Origin: Candidatus Dojkabacteria bacterium
Lineage (GTDB): Bacteria; Patescibacteriota; Dojkabacteria; SC72
Reading direction: 5' to 3'
NCBI GenBank assembly: GCA_041678505.1
Contig: JBAYOB010000001.1
Span: 1,667 to 65,666, forward strand
DNA length: 64,000 nt
Part shown: positions 39,848-49,861 of the stretch, one piece after another
How positions within the stretch are numbered: position 1 is the stretch's first letter
Layout: every line of letters starts with the position of its first letter
Program-made: the position numbers and the translations under genes
Notes under the pieces: generated by a model
What the model was told of the DNA's origin: nothing
Database searches by the model: none
Seen by the model: only the letters and a program-made list of their open reading frames with translations

Positions 39848-40183
39848 CTATCTACTAATCTTTGCGTTTTCAAGCATATCTTTAAGAGTAAGGGTAGAGG
39901 AGGGTTGACTCTCCATTTTATGAGTTTTCTCTCTTCTCTTCTCCATTTTTTCTCTTTTAGATTTGTAAGAAAGACCTTTTGATTTCTCTACTCTATCAGT
40001 ATATTTCTTAACAAGATTATCAGTATCAACTATTTTTTGCTCTCCTGTGTAGAAAGGATGACATTTAGAACATATTTCAACATTAATCTCATCTGAATCC
40101 AGGGTGGAGCCTGTAACAAAAGAATTACCACAAGAGCAGGTGATTTTTACAGTGTTGTATTTTGGGTGTATGTCCTTTTTCAT
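39848..40183 (-). CDS. rpmE: 50S ribosomal protein L31 (Zn-binding type) with C-terminal extension
   Basis: [23 protein letters not shown]. Confidence 0.96.
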   Translation of the reverse strand: MKKDIHPKYNTVKITCSCGNSFVTGSTLDSDEINVEICSKCHPFYTGEQKIVDTDNLVKKYTDRVEKSKGLSYKSKREKMEKRREKTHKMESQPSSTLTLKDMLENAKISR

Positions 40184-40268
40184 AACGACAGTGATTATAT
40201 CAGAAGGATATGGAGCTGTCTACAAGGGATTCTTGCACTAACTTTAATTAAGATGGTATATTGTATTT

Positions 40269-40490
40269 ATGCAATATCCTAAAAAATTACAGAACAGAAT
40301 AAGGAGGACGGAGGGTCAAGTTACTGCTGTTAGGAAAATGATTGTAAATGGAGAAACTGATGAAAAGGTTATGATTCAACTACAGGCATGCATATCCTCT
40401 TTGGAGAGTCTAAAAACAGAACTTATCAAGCAGCAAATGAAAGAATCTATGGTTTCTGATGTTAAAAAATCTTTAGGACTAGAGGATTAG
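40269..40490 (+). CDS. CsoR/RcnR-family repressor-like protein
   Basis: NRIRRTEGQV..VRKM and IQLQA pattern; 73 aa. Confidence 0.75.
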   Translation: MQYPKKLQNRIRRTEGQVTAVRKMIVNGETDEKVMIQLQACISSLESLKTELIKQQMKESMVSDVKKSLGLED

Positions 40491-40579
40491 AGAAAAGAAT
40501 ACTGCCCAATTAGAGAATTTGCTATACTAGAAACACTAGGTTCTTGATATGAGTGTACTAATTTAAAAAGAAAAACAAA

Positions 40580-41227
40580 ATGAAGATAAAAAAAGTAGGG
40601 TGGGTTAGTTTTTTGTTAAATGGAGATGATATAACGGCTCTTACAGATCCGCTTGAACTCTTGAAAGCACAGAAGAATTTCCCAAAAACTAAAACAGATG
40701 TATGTCTTTTTACAAATTATGAAAAAGATATTAAAGAGAGTATTTTAAAGGATAACGGTATAGATAGTAAAATAGTAGGTGAGAAGAGAGAGAATGTAAT
40801 GGAGATAAATCTTCCTGGAGAATATGAGATAGGGGGATTAATGATTAGGAGAGGGATAGGAGAAGATTTTTTTGTAATAGATGAGGGTACTCTTCGAATA
40901 GTGTATATGGGGGATACAGATAATAGTTTTGATCCAGAGAAGGTTTCTAACTTAGGGGATGTTGATGTGTTAATCATTCCTGTTGGTGATGGCGTTGATT
41001 ATATGGATTTTGATAAAATAGAGAAGGTTATTTCTAATACGGACCCAGCAATATTAATACCTTGTGCATATCGAGAAGAATTTAAAGGGAATAGTAATTT
41101 AAAAACAAAAGATGAGTTTATAAAGCATTTTGGTTTTGCTAATGTTAGAGATGAGAACTATCTGAAAGTTGATAAAAGAAAAGTGGAATTAGATCAACAG
41201 AGTGTGGAAGTTGTATTTTTACAATAA
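40580..41227 (+). CDS. degenerate MBL-fold hydrolase (beta-lactamase_B_3-like)
   Basis: PGEYEIGG, YMGD, LGDVDVLIIPVG, ILIP; metal-binding His residues absent. Confidence 0.7.
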   Translation: MKIKKVGWVSFLLNGDDITALTDPLELLKAQKNFPKTKTDVCLFTNYEKDIKESILKDNGIDSKIVGEKRENVMEINLPGEYEIGGLMIRRGIGEDFFVIDEGTLRIVYMGDTDNSFDPEKVSNLGDVDVLIIPVGDGVDYMDFDKIEKVISNTDPAILIPCAYREEFKGNSNLKTKDEFIKHFGFANVRDENYLKVDKRKVELDQQSVEVVFLQ

Positions 41228-41233
41228 TTTAAT

Positions 41234-42553
41234 ATGGCGGAAATAAAAAAAATACCACCACAAAATATAGAGGTAGAGCAATCTTTACTATCCTGTATGT
41301 TGATGGATAAAGATGCAATTATAGCTGTATCAGGTTGGCTTTTACCCGAGCATTTTTATGATGACAGACATGTTTTAATATACTCAAGTATTTTAGAACT
41401 TTTTAATGAAGGTCTTCCTGTAGATTTAATTACACTAACAGATAATCTTAAAAAGAAGAAGAAATTAACAGGGATAGGGGGAAGAGCCTACTTAGCAGAT
41501 TTGGCTACAATGGTTGCTACTTCTGCACATGCAGAGGAGTATGGTGAGATTATAAAAGAGAGTGCTACTAGAAGAGGTCTTATAAGTGCAGCAAGGCATA
41601 TTACTGAGTTTGCTTTTAATGAATCAACTAGTATAGATGAGGTAATAGATAAATCAGAGAAACAGGTTTTTGAAGTTGCACAGGCGGGTACAAAAGCAAA
41701 CTTTGTTCATATTAAGGATTTGCTAAAAGATGCCTATGAGAGGGCAGAGAGGGCAGATAAAGATGAGGCATATTTAGGAGTATCTACAGGTTTCAAAGAC
41801 CTAGATGATCTTCTTGGTGGTTTCCAAAAGTCAGATCTTGTTATACTTGCAGCTAGACCATCTGTAGGGAAAACAGCATTAGCATTAGATATGATGAGAC
41901 ATGCTGCTTTGGTAGAGGGGAAAACGGTTGCTTTCTTCTCTCTTGAAATGTCCAAGACACAGATTATGGATAGGTTGTTGGGTATGCAGTCAGGCATCCC
42001 ATTTTGGGAAATTAGAACTGGAAGACTGAGTGATAAAAAGTTTATGAAATTAGCAGATACAATGGGAGAGCTGGCCGATGCAAATATATATGTAGATGAT
42101 CAAGCGGGACAGCATATCAACGCACTAAGAACAAAGGCAAGAAGACTTGCAATAGAGAGAGGGGTAGATATTATTTTCGTAGACTATCTTCAATTAATGC
42201 ATGGCAATAGTAAGGAGAGTAGGACATTAGAAGTTGGAGAGATATCTCAAGGTTTAAAGAATATAGCAAAAGAGTTAGATATCCCAGTGGTAGGGATATC
42301 TCAACTATCTCGTGCTATTGAACAGAGACAGAGTAGGAGACCTCAACTATCTGATTTGCGAGAGTCTGGTTCTATAGAACAGGATGCGGATGTAGTTATG
42401 TTTGTTGACAGAGAAGAGGCATGGAATCCCGATACTGAGGAGAAAGGCTTAGGTGAATTAATTGTTGCAAAGCATAGAAATGGTCCTACAGGTGTTGTTA
42501 AGTTGGCTTTCATAAATGAGATTGCCAGTTTTAGGAATTTGTATAAAAAGTAG
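41234..42553 (+). CDS. dnaB: replicative DNA helicase
   Basis: PPQNIEVEQ, AARPSVGKT, FSLEM, DYLQL, SQLSR, LRESGSIEQDAD, KHRNGPTG. Confidence 0.97.
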   Translation: MAEIKKIPPQNIEVEQSLLSCMLMDKDAIIAVSGWLLPEHFYDDRHVLIYSSILELFNEGLPVDLITLTDNLKKKKKLTGIGGRAYLADLATMVATSAHAEEYGEIIKESATRRGLISAARHITEFAFNESTSIDEVIDKSEKQVFEVAQAGTKANFVHIKDLLKDAYERAERADKDEAYLGVSTGFKDLDDLLGGFQKSDLVILAARPSVGKTALALDMMRHAALVEGKTVAFFSLEMSKTQIMDRLLGMQSGIPFWEIRTGRLSDKKFMKLADTMGELADANIYVDDQAGQHINALRTKARRLAIERGVDIIFVDYLQLMHGNSKESRTLEVGEISQGLKNIAKELDIPVVGISQLSRAIEQRQSRRPQLSDLRESGSIEQDADVVMFVDREEAWNPDTEEKGLGELIVAKHRNGPTGVVKLAFINEIASFRNLYKK

Positions 42554-42611
42554 GGTCTAGTCCTCATAAAGGCTTTTTTGTATAATTACACCAAGACTTA
42601 ATTATAGATTA

Positions 42612-42695
42612 GGTCGAGTGGTGGAATCGGCAGACACGCGGGACTCAAAATCCCGTGCTAGCAATAGCGTGAGGGTTCAACTCCCTCCTCGACCA
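42612..42695 (+). tRNA. tRNA-Leu(CAA)
   Basis: GGTCGAG/CTCGACC acceptor stem, CGGGA-CTCAAAA-TCCCG anticodon arm, long variable arm, GTTCAACTC. Confidence 0.95.
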
Positions 42696-42720
42696 TATAT
42701 ATACTTTTTAAAAATATATT

Positions 42721-43440
42721 ATGGAAGACTTTATTCTTAATTTACTTGAAAGTATTGGTAATATAGACTTTACTTTCATATGGGAGATATTCCTTTATTC
42801 ATTAATTGTATTCTGGGTAGTTGTCCTCTATTGGGTATGGCTTGATTCAGGAGAGAGAACTTCTAACAAAACAGTTAAATTTTCATATGTACTTTTAGTT
42901 GCAGTATTGAATATAGTTGGGTTGATAATATATTTGATCATTAGACCTACACAAACAATAGAAGAGATCTATTGGAGTGATTTAGAAAGAAGGTATTTAA
43001 AATATGAGACAGCAGAATTAGGAGATTGTACAAAATGTGGAAGACAGCTGTTCCCAGGTTTTAACTTTTGTCCACATTGTAGAGAAACAATTAAAATTAA
43101 ATGTCCTAATTGTAAAGTAAATATAGATAAAAGGAGTAAATTTTGTCCATTTTGTGGTACCTTGATAGAGCAAAGGGTAAGTCCTGAACAAGAGTCTCCA
43201 TCAAAAGAAGTTATGGAACAACAGATTCAAGCTGTTAGGGAAGAGGCTACACAGGTAGTAGAGTCTAAAGGTACTAAATATACTACAAAGAAAAGCTTTG
43301 TTGTTAAAATAGGTGAGTCTATTATAGGAGGGTACAAAATCATAGGGCGAAAACTGAAAAATTTAAGTAAGAAGAAACCTAAAAGAGATAAGAAAAGTAA
43401 AAAAGAAAAGAGTAAATCTGAAAACGAGAAAGAGGAATAG
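42721..43440 (+). CDS. membrane protein with double zinc ribbon
   Basis: Two TM helices (PLDc_N-like, IIYLIIRP) then four CxxC motifs. Confidence 0.8.
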   Translation: MEDFILNLLESIGNIDFTFIWEIFLYSLIVFWVVVLYWVWLDSGERTSNKTVKFSYVLLVAVLNIVGLIIYLIIRPTQTIEEIYWSDLERRYLKYETAELGDCTKCGRQLFPGFNFCPHCRETIKIKCPNCKVNIDKRSKFCPFCGTLIEQRVSPEQESPSKEVMEQQIQAVREEATQVVESKGTKYTTKKSFVVKIGESIIGGYKIIGRKLKNLSKKKPKRDKKSKKEKSKSENEKEE

Positions 43441-43503
43441 AATATTTTCTGAGAAATACAGATTTGTGTTATCATTATTTATGTAATTTTAATCTAACGA
43501 TTT

Positions 43504-44340
43504 GTGTATCGGGCTTTTATAAGTAACCTTGAAAAGATACTGTTAGGGATTAATCCTTTAATACTGTTTTTATTAGTTGTTTTTATAGGATTATTTGTCT
43601 TCTGGAGAGGCTGTATATCAACAAGGAAAAACAACTCCTCTATTTTTGATACCTTCTTACTTTCTTTGTTCTCTGGAGTAATTTTTGGCAGAATCTCCTT
43701 TATAATAAATAATTCTGCCTCTTACATATCTAAAATATGGTACTGGCTCCCTTATGAGAAATATGGAGATGAGATTTATCTTTTTAGATTACTACCATGG
43801 AGGTTCTTTAGAGTATGGGACTGGGGCATAGATATCTTCTCTATGAGTATTGGTTTCCTGATAATGACATCTGTCTGGTCTCTGTTTGTTAAAAAGTGGA
43901 AATGGAGTGATATCTTTACAACAATTTTCTTTACAGTACAAGTGATGTTAGGGATAGCTTTTTTGATACTAGGAGGATCTAGTTCAAATGAATCATGGAT
44001 GTTAGAAGGTTTACTTATGCTTCTGATGCCTTTGATTCTACTTTTTCTCAAAAATTCAACAAAAGTTATTAACAAGAAGAAAAAATTTGATAAAGCGGCT
44101 ATGGTACTTGATGTTTTCTTCATATTACTTAGTACACTGTATATCTCTCATACCTATCTAACAATGGATATCTCTAAGATAGAGAGAGGTGGTGTCATAT
44201 TCTTTATCCTCTGGGCTGTTTTAGGCACATTTTTTTACATATTGGATTCTAGAAAGGACTATGTAACTATAGAGAAAGTTTCATCAGTAAGAGAAATATC
44301 TCCAATAGAGATGAACCATCCAATAAAATTACCTAAATAA
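43504..44340 (+). CDS. divergent Lgt-like membrane protein
   Basis: About 7 TM; FGRISF and RVWDWG resemble the Lgt N-half. Confidence 0.5.
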   Translation: MYRAFISNLEKILLGINPLILFLLVVFIGLFVFWRGCISTRKNNSSIFDTFLLSLFSGVIFGRISFIINNSASYISKIWYWLPYEKYGDEIYLFRLLPWRFFRVWDWGIDIFSMSIGFLIMTSVWSLFVKKWKWSDIFTTIFFTVQVMLGIAFLILGGSSSNESWMLEGLLMLLMPLILLFLKNSTKVINKKKKFDKAAMVLDVFFILLSTLYISHTYLTMDISKIERGGVIFFILWAVLGTFFYILDSRKDYVTIEKVSSVREISPIEMNHPIKLPK

Positions 44341-44344
44341 AAAT

Positions 44345-45313
44345 ATGGAAGAAAGGGTAGGGAAAAGATTAGATCTGTTTCTATCAGAATATTTGAAAGG
44401 AAAGGGGTATTCTGTTTTCTCTAGAGCTTTTTTACAAGAAAACTGGGGTAAATTAATTTCTGTTAATAACTCTTTTCCTAAGCCTTCATACAGATTGAAG
44501 ATAGATGATAAGGTGGTAGTAAATTGGGAAAAAATCAAAAGATTAGAGAGCAGTTTAGATAGAAGTGAGAATATTCTAGGAGAAGAGGGTGATTTAGATA
44601 TACTGTTTGAAGAAGATAGTTTTTTGATAGTAGATAAGCCAAAGGGTATAGTTATCCATCCAGGAATTGGTAATCTATCAAATACTTTGGCAAATAAGGT
44701 TAGAGGATATCTTGAAACTAAAGGAGAGTATGAGAAAGATTTAAAAAGAGCAGGTTTAGTACATAGGTTAGATAAGGGGGTGTCAGGAGTTATGGTTTTT
44801 GCAAAAACATCTGCTATGCAAGAAAATCTACAAGAACAGTTTGAATCACATAGGACAAAAAAAATATATCTGGCACAAGTAAGATACAAACAACTAACTC
44901 CTGATTTTCAAAATCTAATACCAGCGGAGAAATTAGATATATATAATGAGATAGAGAGATTAGAGAGTAAAAACTTTGTTTTTAATTCTGAATGGCACAA
45001 GGTGGAGGGATATATAGGGAGAAGTGATAGAAATAGAATAAAGATGCTTTTTAAAAGATATAAGAGTAAAGGAGCTAGAGATTCAATCTCATATATCAAA
45101 CCAATATCTCAAGATCAACTTTTAATATCAATAGAAACAGGTAGGATGCATCAAATAAGGGCTACATTAGAATATATGGGAATATACATAGTAGGCGATA
45201 CTTTGTATCAAAAAAGTAAAGGAAAAGAGATCCCAGATAAAATAGAATTAAGGTCGATATTTCTCTCATTTTTTGATTTAAATGGGGAATATTTTTCAAT
45301 ATGTAAAATATAG
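44345..45313 (+). CDS. rluD: RluA/RluD-family pseudouridine synthase
   Basis: S4-like RLD start, DKPKGIVIHP, GLVHRLDKGVSG, TGRMHQIR, GDTLY. Confidence 0.9.
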   Translation: MEERVGKRLDLFLSEYLKGKGYSVFSRAFLQENWGKLISVNNSFPKPSYRLKIDDKVVVNWEKIKRLESSLDRSENILGEEGDLDILFEEDSFLIVDKPKGIVIHPGIGNLSNTLANKVRGYLETKGEYEKDLKRAGLVHRLDKGVSGVMVFAKTSAMQENLQEQFESHRTKKIYLAQVRYKQLTPDFQNLIPAEKLDIYNEIERLESKNFVFNSEWHKVEGYIGRSDRNRIKMLFKRYKSKGARDSISYIKPISQDQLLISIETGRMHQIRATLEYMGIYIVGDTLYQKSKGKEIPDKIELRSIFLSFFDLNGEYFSICKI

Positions 45314-45318
45314 TTAAG

Positions 45319-46512
45319 ATGAAGAGAAGAAGAAACGTTAAAAGGAAAAAAAAGAATAAGATTGATATAAAGGCTATAATTTTACCTCTTTTATTAATAG
45401 GTTTAATTATCTATATAATATATTTCCTAATGCTGTTTTTTGGCATAGAGACAGTTGATTCTGTTGCAGAGAATATCGCCTCATATACAATCCTATCTCA
45501 AGAAAAAGGTGATGTAGAAAAAACTATGTTCCTCTTTGAGAAAGAGGTAGAGGATTTAAGGAGGATTTCTGATATATATGTACTCTTGCAGAATAAAAAT
45601 AGAGGAATCTCTTTATTAATCTATGTCCCTGGAAGTATATATTTTGAAGGATTAGAAGAAGAATTTGGTAACCCTATCTCTATCTCCTCTCTTAGATATG
45701 CAGGAGATTTTCTACAGGAGGATAGGGGAGTGGAGTATGCTCTGTGGCAATTGAGTGAGATACTTGGTTTTAAGGTACAAAACTATATTTGGATAACTAC
45801 AGAGGCATATGAAAAAATACTTGAAATTTATGGTGAACCAAGTCTTCTTAAAGAGAAGGATAAATTAGCATATCATCCATCTGTTAATAAAGAGCTTACG
45901 GATTCTTTTTTCCAACTAAGCACTTTCTCTTCAAATGTTTCTGCTACGGATACATTCTTAAAGATACGTCAGATAAAAGAATTAGATGGGCAAATATTTT
46001 CTAATCTTTCATTTTTCAATGTGATGCAAAGGTTAAGTTCTTTTAAAAAAGAAGTGGAAAATACAGAGGCATATGCTTTGGATATTAGTAGATCCAATTT
46101 TTCCACGGAAAAATTTTCAGAGAATGGAGGTGTAGTTTCAAGTATGAATATAAAGGAGTACGATAAGGTATTGAGAAACTATGTTTTCAAAATGATAGAC
46201 AAAGAATTAGAGAAGGAAAGAGTTAGAGTAGAGGTATACAATGGGACAGATGTTGCTGGGAGGGCTCTGATTTATTCAAGAAAAATACAGAATAGTGGCT
46301 GTGATGTTGTAAGGTTTGGAAATGCGCCTGTTGGACATGAGAGAACCCAAATATATATATCAGATAAAAATCAGTTTAAAAATTCTCTAAAAGTCATATC
46401 GGATGTGCTTTTAGGAAGATTTGAAATGTTAGAGGAGAGACCTTCTTTTATGACAACAGGAGATATTGTAATAATATTAGGTGATGATATTGCTCATACA
46501 GAGATATTTTAG
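45319..46512 (+). CDS. LCP-like protein with LytR C-terminal domain
   Basis: TM anchor; VEVYNGTDVAGRA and DIVIILGDD (LytR_C). Confidence 0.75.
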   Translation: MKRRRNVKRKKKNKIDIKAIILPLLLIGLIIYIIYFLMLFFGIETVDSVAENIASYTILSQEKGDVEKTMFLFEKEVEDLRRISDIYVLLQNKNRGISLLIYVPGSIYFEGLEEEFGNPISISSLRYAGDFLQEDRGVEYALWQLSEILGFKVQNYIWITTEAYEKILEIYGEPSLLKEKDKLAYHPSVNKELTDSFFQLSTFSSNVSATDTFLKIRQIKELDGQIFSNLSFFNVMQRLSSFKKEVENTEAYALDISRSNFSTEKFSENGGVVSSMNIKEYDKVLRNYVFKMIDKELEKERVRVEVYNGTDVAGRALIYSRKIQNSGCDVVRFGNAPVGHERTQIYISDKNQFKNSLKVISDVLLGRFEMLEERPSFMTTGDIVIILGDDIAHTEIF

Positions 46513-46557
46513 TTAAGATAGTTGCTTAAAAACTTTCTTTCTATTAGAATTCTTACT

Positions 46558-48975
46558 ATGATAATGATAATTGCTGTCCTAATACTGTTGATTCTTTCCC
46601 TTCTTTTTATCGTTTTAATACTTATAATTAGTGGTAAAAAAAAGAGTGATGAAGAGTATTACGAAGAGGTGCGAAACCCTTTCATTATGCAGATTTTAGT
46701 CCCCAGAGAGAATGAAAAAGCATCTTTAGCTGCAGAGCAGATGTTTGCATCCATACATGGAATTCTAGAAGATTATCAAAAGTGCCCAGATGTAGTAAGT
46801 TTTGAGATAGCATCTTCAGAAGAGCATGGTATAAAATTCTATGTTGTAGCATCAGAGCATCTTTCTAGGTTCATTGAAGGACAAATATATGCTCAGTATC
46901 CTAATGCGGATATAAAGTATGTTAATGACTATACCAAAAGAGAGAATGAAGAGAATGTTTTTGTTACGACAGGAGAAATAGAGATGGAGAAAGACTACAT
47001 TTTCCCAATCAAGACTTTTATGAGTTTTGAGGTGGATCCATTAGCGGCGATAACAGGAGCTCTTTCAGAGTTAAATAGAGGTGAGGAGGCTTGGCTTCAA
47101 ATAATTGTAAGGCCAGTATCAAACTATTGGCAAGAGAAAGCTAAGAAATATATTACAGCAATAGAGGAAGGAAAGAACCCTTATGCGAATACCTTCTGGG
47201 ATTTTGTTTCTTCTCTTTTTAAGGGAATAGGTAGTGCTTTAGCAGAAAGCCCTACAAGTAAAGTACAGAAGGAAATAGTGAAACTTTCTCCAGGACAGGA
47301 GGAAGAATTAAAAGAGATAGAAAAGAAGATGCTTAAGGTTGGTTTTGAGTTTAGAATTAGAGTGGTAACAAAGGCGGATACTCAATTAAGGTCAGAGCAA
47401 ATATTAAGAGATATGGTGGCTAGTTTCAAACAGTTTACAACAGCCCATCTAAATAATTTTGTACATATAGTGCCAGAGAAATCAGGTAAGGAGATATATG
47501 AAGATTATCTTAAAAGACATATTTCTCAGGAGGAGTTTGATATATTAAATATTGAAGAGTTAGCCTCTCTATACCACTTACCCAACATTTCAGTTGAAAC
47601 CCCTAATATTGCATGGAGTAGGGCAAAGAAGTTAGAACCTCCTATGAATTTACCCAAGAGTACTGAAGATGAGGTTACAGTATTTGGAGAAACGGATTAT
47701 CGTGATATTAAAGTAGAATTTGGTTTGAAAAAGAAGGATAGACAAAGACATTTCTATCTTCTTGGTAAAACGGGAACAGGAAAATCTACGCTATTTAAAA
47801 ATATGTTCATATCGGATGTTTTAGCTGGAGAAGGAGCCTGTTTTGTAGATCCTCACGGTGATACGGTTGAGGAGCTACTAGACTACATTCCTCCTAACAG
47901 GATTGATGATGTAGTATATTTCAATCCTACTGATGTAGAAAACCCAGTAGGATTCAATCTCTTAGAACTTAAGGATAAGTCTCAAAGAGATCTGATAGCA
48001 GATGGAGTGGTGGAGGTGTTTAAGAAACAGTTTGGAGACTCTTGGGGGCCTAGGCTGCAATATATCCTCACAAATACTGTTTCTACTGCACTAGAAGCAC
48101 AAGGGACGACTCTCTTAGCTATCATTAGGTTATTAACAGATAGTAATTACAGGAAGTTCATATTAAAACAGGTCGATGATCCAATCCTATACAAATTTTG
48201 GACAGAAGAATATGCTCAAATGGCACAGAATAGCCGTTTAATAACAGAAGCTATTTCTCCTATCCAAAATAAGGTGGGAAGATTCATATCCTCTGCTGTT
48301 ATTCGAAACATTATTGGTCAGATTAAATCAACGGTGAATTTAAGAGAAATAATGGATAACCAGAAAATACTACTTGTCAATTTAGCACAAGGTAAGTTAG
48401 GAGAAGAGACAGCTTCACTACTTGGGGGTATGGTAATAACTAGGTTACAGGCAACTGCTATGGAGAGAGTTGATATCGCAATGGATGACAGAAAAGATTT
48501 TTTCCTGTATGTAGATGAGTTTCAGAATTTTGCTACAGAATCTTTTGCTAAAATTCTTTCAGAAGCTAGAAAGTACAAACTAGATTTAACTATGACCAAC
48601 CAATATATTGATCAGATACCACTACCTGTTAGGCAATCCATATTTGGTAATGTAGGAACAATTGGCTCTTTTGTAGTAAGTCCTGCAGATGCTGCCATAT
48701 TAGAAAAAGAGTTTGCTCCGATGGTATCTGCTGATGATTTAGTTTCATTAGATGCTTGGGCAATGTATGTTAAATTGTGTATAGATGGGATGACATCTGT
48801 TCCTTTTAGTGCCAAATCACTACCGATTAGATATCATAAGTTTGCATTAAAAGATGATGTTGTTAGTAGGTCTAGAGAGAAATATGGAACAGAAAGAGAG
48901 GTAATTGAAGGGAAAATTAAGAAATGGAGCAATCAAAAATACAGTGATAAGGGGAATAGGTCTATAGAGAAGTAA
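46558..48975 (+). CDS. VirD4/TraG-like coupling ATPase
   Basis: N-terminal TM; RHFYLLGKTGTGKST Walker A; DPHGD; LYVDEFQNF Walker B; SEARKY; start set from promoter position. Confidence 0.85.
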   Translation: MIMIIAVLILLILSLLFIVLILIISGKKKSDEEYYEEVRNPFIMQILVPRENEKASLAAEQMFASIHGILEDYQKCPDVVSFEIASSEEHGIKFYVVASEHLSRFIEGQIYAQYPNADIKYVNDYTKRENEENVFVTTGEIEMEKDYIFPIKTFMSFEVDPLAAITGALSELNRGEEAWLQIIVRPVSNYWQEKAKKYITAIEEGKNPYANTFWDFVSSLFKGIGSALAESPTSKVQKEIVKLSPGQEEELKEIEKKMLKVGFEFRIRVVTKADTQLRSEQILRDMVASFKQFTTAHLNNFVHIVPEKSGKEIYEDYLKRHISQEEFDILNIEELASLYHLPNISVETPNIAWSRAKKLEPPMNLPKSTEDEVTVFGETDYRDIKVEFGLKKKDRQRHFYLLGKTGTGKSTLFKNMFISDVLAGEGACFVDPHGDTVEELLDYIPPNRIDDVVYFNPTDVENPVGFNLLELKDKSQRDLIADGVVEVFKKQFGDSWGPRLQYILTNTVSTALEAQGTTLLAIIRLLTDSNYRKFILKQVDDPILYKFWTEEYAQMAQNSRLITEAISPIQNKVGRFISSAVIRNIIGQIKSTVNLREIMDNQKILLVNLAQGKLGEETASLLGGMVITRLQATAMERVDIAMDDRKDFFLYVDEFQNFATESFAKILSEARKYKLDLTMTNQYIDQIPLPVRQSIFGNVGTIGSFVVSPADAAILEKEFAPMVSADDLVSLDAWAMYVKLCIDGMTSVPFSAKSLPIRYHKFALKDDVVSRSREKYGTEREVIEGKIKKWSNQKYSDKGNRSIEK

Positions 48976-49017
48976 ACAAGTTTTTTCTAAATATCCGAAT
49001 ATGATAGAATAGTGATT

Positions 49018-49800
49018 ATGGCAGGGCATTCGAAATGGTCTACAATTAAACATAAAAAGGCGATAACTGATGCTAAGAAAGGAAAAGTCTTTTCTAAAAT
49101 ATCTACACAGATAACACATGCTGCAAAAGAGGGTGGAGGAGATCCTAATATGAATCCTTCTTTAAGAATGTATATGGATAAAGCAAAAGAGGTTGGCTTT
49201 CCTGCAAACAATATTGAAAAAGCGATACAAAAAGGTACAGGAGAGGGTTCTGAGGCGGTAATATATGATAATTCCTCATATGAAGGTTTTGGCCCTAGTA
49301 ATATTCAAATAATTGTTGATACATTAACTGACAACAAAAATAGAACAGTGGCAGAACTAAGAAGACTTTTTGAAGATGTAGGAGGTAATATGAGCAGTGA
49401 GGGTAGTGTGTCTTGGAATTTTGATGTAAAAGGTTTGATTATAATTAAATGTGGTCATATGGAAAAAGGAGATAAATTTGGAGAAGGAGATGTATTTGTA
49501 AGTGATGATGTAGAAGAAGTAATGCTTAGTATTATGGATTTAAAGGGAGTTTTAGACATTGTGGAGATTGATTTAAATGGTGTTAAAGGGTTAGAAATAT
49601 ATACAGAGTATGATAAATTGGCAAGTGTAAGAGATGGTATAGGTAATATGAATTATATTATTAAAGAGGCAGAGTTGATTAAAGAGGCTAATACTAAAGA
49701 AAGTCTCGATGGGGAGGAGTTAGAAAAAGTCAAAGAGGCTCTAGATAGGTTGGATGAGCATGACGATGTACAAAGTGTATGGAGTAATTTAAAGTTGTAA
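49018..49800 (+). CDS. yebC: YebC/PmpR family protein
   Basis: MAGHSKWSTIKHKK, YEGFGP, TDNKNRT, DDVQSVWSN. Confidence 0.95.
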   Translation: MAGHSKWSTIKHKKAITDAKKGKVFSKISTQITHAAKEGGGDPNMNPSLRMYMDKAKEVGFPANNIEKAIQKGTGEGSEAVIYDNSSYEGFGPSNIQIIVDTLTDNKNRTVAELRRLFEDVGGNMSSEGSVSWNFDVKGLIIIKCGHMEKGDKFGEGDVFVSDDVEEVMLSIMDLKGVLDIVEIDLNGVKGLEIYTEYDKLASVRDGIGNMNYIIKEAELIKEANTKESLDGEELEKVKEALDRLDEHDDVQSVWSNLKL

Positions 49801-49861
49801 AAAGAGAGGCAATATAGTATTATTATAAGGACAAGAATTTATCTGTAACAATTATGTAATT

